Below, one piece after another: positions 7,394 through 14,016 of a DNA stretch of 24,000 bases. Made by a program: the position numbers and the translations under genes. Position 1 is the first letter of the stretch; the number at the start of each line of letters is the position of its first letter. This stretch comes from Williamsia sterculiae (GTDB lineage: Bacteria > Actinomycetota > Actinomycetes > Mycobacteriales > Mycobacteriaceae): contig NZ_FTNT01000002.1 of the NCBI RefSeq assembly GCF_900156495.1, positions 130,359 through 154,358 of the forward strand. Reading direction: 5' to 3'. Under the pieces are notes generated by a model. It was not told the DNA's origin. It did no database searches and saw only the letters and a program-made list of their open reading frames with translations.

Positions 7394-8056
7394 TCACGCG
7401 CGGATGAACGCGACCAGGAGGTCCGTGAGAGTGTCGACGATGGCGGTGATGTCGGGACGAGGCGCGGGGGCAGTACTCCATCGGTGGACGATGGCTGTCA
7501 GCGCTCCGATGAACCCGATGGCGACATAGCGGTCGGTGAACTCGTCGCGCGGCGGGCGGCCACCGAATTGTTCTGCGCTGACCAGGAAGACGTCGACCCA
7601 CGTCTCTCGACTGGTCAGCCGAAACTGCTCGGCGTCGGCGCTCACCCCGACGATCTGAACGAATGAGACCTCTGCCCGCCGGGGGTCGGTCCCGACCGAG
7701 GCCATGTATTCCTGCATCGACACGCGGGCCAACTCGCCCAGGTCTGTCGAACGCGTACGGGCGAGACCCGCTGCGACGGAGGCCTGAGCATCTCGTTGAA
7801 TCGTTTCGTACACAGCCAGGAGCAGTGCTTCCCGATCGGCGAACTGCTCGTAGAACTGGCGGCGTGACAGTCCTGCCGCCGCGCACAACTGGCTGACCGA
7901 ACTGTGGGCATAACCCGTGGTTCCGAACACCTGCAGGCCGGCCTCGATGAACTGCTCCCGCCGTAACTCGCGTCGGTCGTCCAGCGGCATACCGCCGTAA
8001 GCACGCTGAGTCGCCGCACCACCTCCTGCTGACTCCGATGTCTGATCGCGCGCCAT
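7394..8056 (-). CDS. TetR/AcrR-family transcriptional regulator
   Basis: The ORF is 7394..8116. The likely start is the ATG at 8056 (MARDQTSESAGG...). It has a TetR_N HTH (REQFIEAGLQVFGTTGYAHSSVSQLCAAAGLSRRQFYEQFADREALLLAVYE) and is divergent from the lipase gene. Confidence 0.88.
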   Translation of the reverse strand: MARDQTSESAGGGAATQRAYGGMPLDDRRELRREQFIEAGLQVFGTTGYAHSSVSQLCAAAGLSRRQFYEQFADREALLLAVYETIQRDAQASVAAGLARTRSTDLGELARVSMQEYMASVGTDPRRAEVSFVQIVGVSADAEQFRLTSRETWVDVFLVSAEQFGGRPPRDEFTDRYVAIGFIGALTAIVHRWSTAPAPRPDITAIVDTLTDLLVAFIRA

Positions 8057-8247
8057 CCCATCACCCCCAACGCACGTAGCAGAACACCTCACATGTCTGC
8101 TACTGATTGTGCCCACTCCGGGTGATGACGTCAGGCAGGCCGGTCGACGGTGAGTCGCGCGTACTCGTGCACGGCGAGCGGCATTGCCAGGACCGGCGAT
8201 CTTGGCACTTCCCCTGACCGAGTGGTGTGTGTAGGGTCACAGTGTCC

Positions 8248-8273
8248 AATGTGAGACGACGGTGTCTCACATT
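8248..8273. promoter_or_regulatory. Candidate TetR operator palindrome
   Basis: AATGTGAGAC (8248-8257)-N6-GTCTCACATT (8264-8273) has perfect 10-bp arms. It lies 30 nt upstream of the lipase start codon in the TetR/lipase divergent intergenic region. Confidence 0.45.
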
Positions 8274-8302
8274 TACCCGAGGCGCTGTAGAGGTGGCATG
8301 AC

Positions 8303-9679
8303 GTGCGGAATTCTGTCCGAGCACTGGTGAGTGCGGTTCTGATCTGCGCCTCGGTCGCGCTGACACCCGCGGTGAGCGGGTGGGCCCGGCCCGCCGTGCA
8401 CGACGGTTTCTATTCCTTCACCGATGGGGGTCGGTCGCTGGCGTCCTTTGCCCCGGGTGACGTGCTGAGGACTCGGGAACTGCCGTATCACCTCGCCGGA
8501 GTGGCGACTCCGCTCCACGCCGTGCAGATCCTGTACCGCAGTACCAGCGCAACCGGAACCCCTACTGCGAACGTGACGTCGGTTCTGTCGATGCCCGGCA
8601 AGCGAAACGCCGGGGTGGTGTCGTACCAGTCGGCCTACGATTCGCTCAATCCCGAAGACAGCCCGTCGCGGGCAGTTGCCGGCGACTTCAGTCTGTTCGG
8701 GCGCACTCCGGTCGGGCGCAACATCGCCGTCGGCAACGTGTTCTCCAACGCGGAGAACGCGATATTGCCTGCCGTGCTCGGACTCGGGTATGTGGTCAAC
8801 ATCCCCGACACCGAGGGGCAGCGCGCGGATTTCGCCGCGGGGCCCGAGTACGGGATGAACACCCTCGACTCACTTCGCGCGGTGTCCCAGGTGGCGGCGA
8901 CGGGTGCGGGTGCCGACTCCCGGATCGGTCTCGTCGGGTACTCGGGTGGAGCGATCGCATCCAACTGGGCCGCGAGTCTCGCACCCGGATACGCCCCGGA
9001 CATCAACCGGCGTCTCGCGGGAGTCGCCGAGGGCGGTGTGCTGGTGAATCCGGCACGGAATCTGCGCTACGTGTCCGGGAGTCTCGGCTGGGGTGGCGTC
9101 ATCGGCATGGCCGTCAACGGTGTCGCTCGCGCTTACGGCTTCGGGCTGGACAAGTACACCAGCAGTTACGGCAAGCAAGTGCTCCGTCAACTGTCAGACG
9201 CATCCATACTGAACTTCTTCTACCCGGGTCTGACGTGGGCCAGGTTGATGAGGCCGCAGTACGCCGATCCCAACACCGTGCCCGAATACGTCGATGCCGT
9301 GAACAAGTTGAACATGGGCACGGCACCGGTCCCGACCGCACCCATGTTCATCGCCCAGGCCGCCAACGGCATCCTCGAGGGCACCGGGATCACTCCCGGT
9401 ACAGGGCCGGTTCGCGGGATCGGACCCGGTGACGGAGTGATGATCGCCGGAGACGTCGAGGCGTTGGCCCATCGTTACTGTGGCGCGGGCACGCGGGTCC
9501 AATACCACCAGTACGGGCCGCTGAGTCACACGCTGGGTACCGACATCTGGGGTCCGGAGGCGGCTCTGTGGTTGATCGGCAGGATGCGGGGTGAGCTGGC
9601 ACCCACCAACTGCCGAGACATCGGTGCGGGCAACTCCGACGCCTTCGCCGTCCAGAGGCATGCGCCGGGAGTCAGGTGA
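8303..9679 (+). CDS. Secreted lipase, LIP/CalA-like family (alpha/beta hydrolase)
   Basis: 458-aa ORF with a GTG start, an AGAGGTGG Shine-Dalgarno and signal peptide MRNSVRALVSAVLICASVALTPAVSG. The nucleophile elbow is LVGYSGGAIAS; GYSGG is the motif of Candida antarctica lipase A-type secretory lipases. The size fits that family. Confidence 0.8.
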   Translation: MRNSVRALVSAVLICASVALTPAVSGWARPAVHDGFYSFTDGGRSLASFAPGDVLRTRELPYHLAGVATPLHAVQILYRSTSATGTPTANVTSVLSMPGKRNAGVVSYQSAYDSLNPEDSPSRAVAGDFSLFGRTPVGRNIAVGNVFSNAENAILPAVLGLGYVVNIPDTEGQRADFAAGPEYGMNTLDSLRAVSQVAATGAGADSRIGLVGYSGGAIASNWAASLAPGYAPDINRRLAGVAEGGVLVNPARNLRYVSGSLGWGGVIGMAVNGVARAYGFGLDKYTSSYGKQVLRQLSDASILNFFYPGLTWARLMRPQYADPNTVPEYVDAVNKLNMGTAPVPTAPMFIAQAANGILEGTGITPGTGPVRGIGPGDGVMIAGDVEALAHRYCGAGTRVQYHQYGPLSHTLGTDIWGPEAALWLIGRMRGELAPTNCRDIGAGNSDAFAVQRHAPGVR

Positions 9680-10208
9680 TGACCTTCCGGGCCTCGGGCC
9701 AGAAGGCATACCCGGTGATGCCGAGCCCGCCGAGCCCGATGATCATCACCGCTGCGTCGACACTCGTCCGTCCCTGTTTGGCCCAGTAGACGTCCTCCAG
9801 GTCGAGGAGAAGGGCCAACTCGTCGACGATCAGTGCCGTTCCCAGTCCGTAACTCAGAGCGGTGGCGGGATGTTTGTGGTGGCGTTCGGAGCCCCGGATG
9901 GCGGTGGCGCCCACGGCACCGAGAAGGGCGATACCGATGTTGTAGTGGTGGAAGTGTTGACCGCCCACGCTCATCCCACCGCCCGCCGGGCCGTGGCCGG
10001 CTCTGATCCAATGCGTGAGCGCGCGAACGGCGCCGAAGGTGGTGGTGAATGCCGCCCACGACAACACCGCCGACTGCGCACCCGGATCCAGTGTCTTGTG
10101 CCACGTTCTACGAAGTTGCGTCCCGCGACCGGGAGTCGGCGGATCGGCGTCGCGGCGCGAGTCGATCACGGTCGACTGTGGTGCGGACTGCGCCGTTGCA
10201 TCATCCAT
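9672..10208 (-). CDS. Integral membrane protein of unknown function
   Basis: The ORF is 9672..10256 (TTG). I prefer the ATG at 10208 (MDDATAQ...). There are about four hydrophobic helices (AVLSWAAFTTTFGAV, HFHHYNIGIALLGAVGATAI, ALSYGLGTALIVDELALLL, AAVMIIGLGGLGITGYAF). It lies directly downstream of the esterase gene on the same strand, and its 3' end overlaps the lipase 3' end by 8 nt. Confidence 0.65.
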   Translation of the reverse strand: MDDATAQSAPQSTVIDSRRDADPPTPGRGTQLRRTWHKTLDPGAQSAVLSWAAFTTTFGAVRALTHWIRAGHGPAGGGMSVGGQHFHHYNIGIALLGAVGATAIRGSERHHKHPATALSYGLGTALIVDELALLLDLEDVYWAKQGRTSVDAAVMIIGLGGLGITGYAFWPEARKVIT

Positions 10209-10275
10209 TCGTCCACCATGCACCCTGGTCGGCTCGTGAGGCTGTGAAAAGACCAAGTGTTGGCGACGCCACGGA

Positions 10276-11718
10276 TCAGACCCTCAACTCCTGGGAGAAC
10301 CAGCCGAGCGCGTCGGAGAACGCGGCCGCCGCGAATTGCCAGGAATGAGTACCCGGCTGTGTGTGCACGTCACACCGTATTCCCACGGTCTTCCCGGTCG
10401 CACACAGCTGTTGGGCTGCGGCGAGTTCGGTTCCGGGCGGGGTGTGGGTCTGGTCGCGACCGCCCAGGCCGGTCCCACCGGACTGTCCGGATTTCCATCG
10501 GTGCTGTGGGCCACCCTGCCCGGGCGGCCGCGGTCGACCCGACGGTCGACCCTGACCGGGCCACTGCCCACCGCCGAAGTGACCCGGTCCGCGATCGCCG
10601 CCGCTGCTGTCGTCGAACCATCCGGTGGTGCGCGCGTACGCACCCGGTGTCTTCGCGGCGGTGGCCTTCATGACGGTCGTGGGGTCGAAGGCATCCCACT
10701 GGGCGGCGTCACCGCCGAAGAGCCGGCTGATGGTCTGGGACTTGTCGCCGGACGACGGTGCCGCGTCGCCCGCGATGTCCTCGAACGCGGAGAACAGGTC
10801 CGGATGCATCACGGCGAGGTCCACGGCGCACGTTCCGCCCATCGACCATCCGACGACACCCCACTGCGCCGCACCGTCGGCCGCGCCGAAGTGCGAGATC
10901 ACATAGGGTCGCACCTCTGTCACCAGGTGGTCGGCAACGTTGCCGCGCGAACCGTTGACGCATTCGGTGTCGTTGTTGAAACTGCCGCCGACATCCGGGA
11001 ACACCAGGATCGGAGCCGCGCCGCCGTGAGCCTCGGCGTAGGTGTCGATGGTCCGCACCGCGTTTCCGGTCCGGATCCAGTCGGCGGGGGTGTTGAACTC
11101 GCCGGCGATCATCATGATCACGGGCAATCGGGCGGCGGTCGAACCGACGAACCACTGCGGTGGCAGGTACACGTACTCGGTGCGGTGGCTGAAATGACTA
11201 CTCGAGTCGGGCGTGGTGATGGCGACGACCTTGCCGGTGGTCTGTTGATGCCCGCGCAGCCCGGCCAGCGCCGACGCGTCCACCTGGTCGGGGAGCGGTC
11301 CCGCGGTCGTCTGTGCCCATGCCTCCTGCACGGTGGTGAAATATCCGACCCACTGGTTCAGCACGATGCCGGTGGCCAGAGCGGTGACCACGATCGCCAC
11401 CACCGAGAGCACTCGGCGCCACCATCGGGTGCGTAGGAACCCGACGACGGCCGCCGCGACGGCGAAGCCGGTCATCGCAACCCACCACCACAGCAACTGC
11501 GGTGGCGGATCGGAGGAGAGGCCCTCGGATCGGTTCACCGACCAGGCGATGCCGAATGCCGCAGCACCCACCGCCACGCAGACGGGGATCCAGATCAGCC
11601 ACCAGCGACGCGACCGACGCGCCACGACGGCCAGCAGGACGACCGCCGCCAGCACCTGCACCACGATGGGTAGCCAACCGCCCAGGAGGGACAACCCGTG
11701 TTCCGCACCACCACGCAC
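10276..11718 (-). CDS. Membrane-anchored esterase-D/antigen-85-type serine hydrolase
   Basis: The C-terminal approximately 300 aa carry esterase-D-type features: LPVIMMIAGEFNTP, the nucleophile elbow GWSMGG, and the terminal GTHSWQFAAAAFSDALGWF. The N-terminus has 3-4 TM helices. The supplied ORF extends to 12330, but that extension overlaps the convergently placed GGCT gene. I place the start at GTG 11718, which is uncertain. Confidence 0.75.
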   Translation of the reverse strand: MRGGAEHGLSLLGGWLPIVVQVLAAVVLLAVVARRSRRWWLIWIPVCVAVGAAAFGIAWSVNRSEGLSSDPPPQLLWWWVAMTGFAVAAAVVGFLRTRWWRRVLSVVAIVVTALATGIVLNQWVGYFTTVQEAWAQTTAGPLPDQVDASALAGLRGHQQTTGKVVAITTPDSSSHFSHRTEYVYLPPQWFVGSTAARLPVIMMIAGEFNTPADWIRTGNAVRTIDTYAEAHGGAAPILVFPDVGGSFNNDTECVNGSRGNVADHLVTEVRPYVISHFGAADGAAQWGVVGWSMGGTCAVDLAVMHPDLFSAFEDIAGDAAPSSGDKSQTISRLFGGDAAQWDAFDPTTVMKATAAKTPGAYARTTGWFDDSSGGDRGPGHFGGGQWPGQGRPSGRPRPPGQGGPQHRWKSGQSGGTGLGGRDQTHTPPGTELAAAQQLCATGKTVGIRCDVHTQPGTHSWQFAAAAFSDALGWFSQELRV

Positions 11719-11829
11719 GGCACGCAGTATGCACGCGGTGGCTGTCAGTTCTCTGTGAGTGTCCGGCCATACCGAGGAGTCGACGGGTCGCGCACGACAC
11801 GCGACACCGACAGCGGGCAAGCTGAACCC

Positions 11830-12201
11830 ATGCACCGACTGTTCTCCTACGGAACTCTGCGCGATCCCGCAGTACAGCAGGGTGTGTTCGGCCGTGACGT
11901 GGTCACCGTCGACGCCGCACTGCGCGGTTTCCGGTTGGGATGGGTGACGATCACCGATCCCGGGGTGATTGCGATGAGCGGCACCGACCGCCACCGGATA
12001 GTGCGGCCCGGAGACCCGTCCGACGTCGTCGACGGTGCATACCTGGAGCTGACCGACGACGAGCTGCGCGCAGCGGACGACTACGAGGTGGACGATTACG
12101 TCCGGGTGGCAGCGGCGCTGGCATCGGGTGAGCGTGTCTGGGTGTACGTCGCGGCGACCGATGCGGCGCACGCAGCGACAACCACGGCCGACCGGGAATG
12201 A
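11830..12201 (+). CDS. Gamma-glutamylcyclotransferase-like (AIG2/GGCT family) protein
   Basis: An internal ATG at 11830 in ORF 11698..12201 gives MHRLFSYGTLRDPAVQQGVFGR.... The LF.YGTL N-terminus is typical of the GGCT/AIG2 fold. The protein is 123 aa. Confidence 0.7.
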   Translation: MHRLFSYGTLRDPAVQQGVFGRDVVTVDAALRGFRLGWVTITDPGVIAMSGTDRHRIVRPGDPSDVVDGAYLELTDDELRAADDYEVDDYVRVAAALASGERVWVYVAATDAAHAATTTADRE

Positions 12202-12902
12202 CGTGGCGTCCGGTGCATCGGCGATACAGTCGCGGTATGCCGATCCCCACCGTGGTCGAGGCGGTCGTATTCGACTGCGACGGACTGCTGCTCGACACCG
12301 AGACATGTTGGTCCCGGGCCGAGGCGGCACTGTTCGCCGAATACGGTCACGAATTCGGCCCTCCGGAGAAGGACCTCCTCATAGGCCGGACGCTGGGAGC
12401 TGCCTGTGCCAATATGGCGGAGTATTTCGGGCTACCCGGCCAGGGGCCTGCGCTGCAGCGGGAGCTGATGCCCCTGGTCGAGGCAGAACTCGGTGCCGAC
12501 GTCCAACCCATGCCGGGTGCGGTCGCCCTACTCGAACTCCTCGCCGGCCGCGTGCCACTGGGCATTGCCACCAACAGCACCCGGAGCCAGTTGACCGCCG
12601 CGTTGCAGGCCTCAGGTCTGGGGGCCTACTTCGACATCTCGGTCACTGCCGACGACGTGACCAACCCCAAACCCGATCCCGACCTCTATCTCCGGGCGTT
12701 CGAGCTGCTGTCGGCATCAGCGAACCGCGTTGTCGCGCTGGAGGATTCGGTCACCGGAGCGACTGCGGCCCGCGCATCCGGTGCTTTCCTCATCACCGTT
12801 CCGTCGCAAGTGGGCAAGTGTGTGGAGGCCGATCACCTGGTGCCGCGACTCGACGATCCCTCGCTCACGCGGTGGGCTTCAGCAGTGGTCGGTGTTCGAT
12901 GA
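12198..12902 (+). CDS. HAD-superfamily hydrolase (subfamily IA, beta-phosphoglucomutase/phosphatase-like)
   Basis: Motif I is VVFDCDGLLLDTE, motif II is GIATNS, and motifs III/IV are NPKPDPDLY...ALEDSVTGATAARASGA. The ATG at 12198 overlaps the GGCT stop (ATGA). The alternative ATG at 12237 (MPIPTVVEAVVFDCDG) would give a more typical N-terminus. Confidence 0.85.
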   Translation: MTWRPVHRRYSRGMPIPTVVEAVVFDCDGLLLDTETCWSRAEAALFAEYGHEFGPPEKDLLIGRTLGAACANMAEYFGLPGQGPALQRELMPLVEAELGADVQPMPGAVALLELLAGRVPLGIATNSTRSQLTAALQASGLGAYFDISVTADDVTNPKPDPDLYLRAFELLSASANRVVALEDSVTGATAARASGAFLITVPSQVGKCVEADHLVPRLDDPSLTRWASAVVGVR

Positions 12903-12921
12903 AGTCAGCGGAGGTGACCGG

Positions 12922-13137
12922 GTGAAACGCACAGTGGTCGAGTGCTCCCAGGGGGCGCGCTACGCGACGCTGTGGTGGCCGTTGGGGTCGTTCAATGCCG
13001 TCCGTCTCGGTGGCGTACGCATCCAACGGTGCCCGGTACACCACCGCTGGGAACGGACCCGACGCGTGGACCCCGCTGCGCTCAGCCTCGCCGAGCGCCG
13101 GGCCGCCGAGTCCATCCGCGACATCGGGATCATCTGA
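12922..13137 (+). CDS. Small hypothetical protein (71 aa, Cys/His-containing)
   Basis: A GGAGG Shine-Dalgarno at 12910-12914 lies 7 nt before GTG 12922. Translation is (M)KRTVVECSQGARYATLWWPLGSFNAVRLGGVRIQRCPVHHRWERTRRVDPAALSLAERRAAESIRDIGII. By my count about 60 of 71 codons end in G/C. It fills the otherwise empty 250-nt gap between the HAD and Clp_N genes. Confidence 0.45.
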   Translation: MKRTVVECSQGARYATLWWPLGSFNAVRLGGVRIQRCPVHHRWERTRRVDPAALSLAERRAAESIRDIGII

Positions 13138-13152
13138 CACGCGGGACGGCAC

Positions 13153-13884
13153 TCAGCGGTCGATGAACTGCTGGAGTTGTTCCACCACGGCATGTTCGAA
13201 CGCCTCCGCGGTGACGCCGGACTCGGTGAAGACCGGCCCGACCGACAGGTCGGCGAACAAAGCGATCAGCAGGTGTTCGGTTCCGACGTAGTTGTGCCCC
13301 AGCCGCAGGGCGATCTGAACGGTGTCCTCCAGCACCACCTTGGCGGCGTCGTCGTAGGGAACGAACGCCGTGGCCTCCCGGTCGTCATCCTGTCCGCCGG
13401 TCGATCCCGCCAACCGTTGTGTCATCGCGTCGACGTCCACACCCAGTTGGGCCAACGTGGTCACGCCGAGTGACCTGTTCTCCGCGAGTACACCCCGTGC
13501 CACCAAGGCCGATGTGACGTGTGATGACCCCTCGGCAATGGCCAGGTTGTGCGCGCTGATGACCGCATTGCGTGCCCGAGGGGTGAAGCGGGCGAACGGA
13601 TTCGACTCGCCGCTCTCGGGTGGCTGGGGCGCCTGCCCGACAAATCGCTTCTGAGCGGCCTGCTTGCTGACACCCATGCTCTGACCGATCGCGGTCCAGG
13701 ATGCGCCTGCACGACGTGCCTGGTCGACGAAGTGGCCGATCAACGCATCGGCGAGATCGCCGAGGTACTCACCCGCGGCCACTGCCTCGGACAGTTGCTG
13801 GAGTGGGTCGAAGTCGGTGTCACCGATGGCGTCGATGAGATCTCCGAGTCGGATGGTGGACGAGAACGTCTTGTCTGATGGCAT
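13153..13884 (-). CDS. HTH + Clp N-terminal (Clp_N) repeat domain protein
   Basis: 243 aa. The N-terminal part carries an HTH-like segment (ASWTAIGQSMGVSKQAAQKRF). The C-terminal part carries two Clp_N-type repeats (FTPRARNAVISAHNLAIAEGSSHVTSALVARGVL and AAKVVLEDTVQIALRLGHNYVGTEHLLIAL). Confidence 0.82.
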   Translation of the reverse strand: MPSDKTFSSTIRLGDLIDAIGDTDFDPLQQLSEAVAAGEYLGDLADALIGHFVDQARRAGASWTAIGQSMGVSKQAAQKRFVGQAPQPPESGESNPFARFTPRARNAVISAHNLAIAEGSSHVTSALVARGVLAENRSLGVTTLAQLGVDVDAMTQRLAGSTGGQDDDREATAFVPYDDAAKVVLEDTVQIALRLGHNYVGTEHLLIALFADLSVGPVFTESGVTAEAFEHAVVEQLQQFIDR

Positions 13885-13931
13885 GCGTCAACCGTAGGTT
13901 GACGCAGCGACGTCGTCAACCGTGGGTTGAC
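13885..13931. promoter_or_regulatory. Tandem palindromic operators plus leaderless-type promoter of the Clp_N gene
   Basis: GCGTCAACC-gta-GGTTGACGC lies at 13885-13905 and GTCAACC-gtg-GGTTGAC at 13915-13931, with centres 28 bp apart. The minus strand reads TTGACG (13919-13914), a 17-nt spacer, TACGGT (13896-13891), 6 nt, then ATG (13884). That is a -35/-10 pair placed to start transcription at or next to the start codon. Confidence 0.5.
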
Positions 13932-14016
13932 ACTCGTCTCGATCGGCCACGGTCGTTGTCGTCGATGTCTACGATCGTCAGGATGACGCGTGGTTCGGTG
14001 ATCCGACAGCGGTGAT

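Noticed and set aside
8203-8220. TGGCAC hexamer resembling a sigma-54 -24 element in the TetR/lipase intergenic region.
   Set aside because: No TTGC(W) -12 element occurs at the required spacing (the sequence continues TTCCCCTGACC). Actinobacteria are not known to encode sigma-54. It is most likely chance.
11719-12330. The upstream 200-codon extension of the esterase ORF (track entry 10276..12330, 684 aa).
   Set aside because: The extension is Arg/Pro/Cys-rich and overlaps the plus-strand GGCT-like gene (11830..12201) and the start of the HAD gene. The hydrophobic N-terminal anchor of the esterase begins just after GTG 11718.
12865-13152. 95-aa minus-strand ORF in the HAD / Clp_N gap.
   Set aside because: It overlaps the HAD gene's 3' end and competes with the plus-strand 71-codon frame, which has a proper Shine-Dalgarno. 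No start context or motif supports it.
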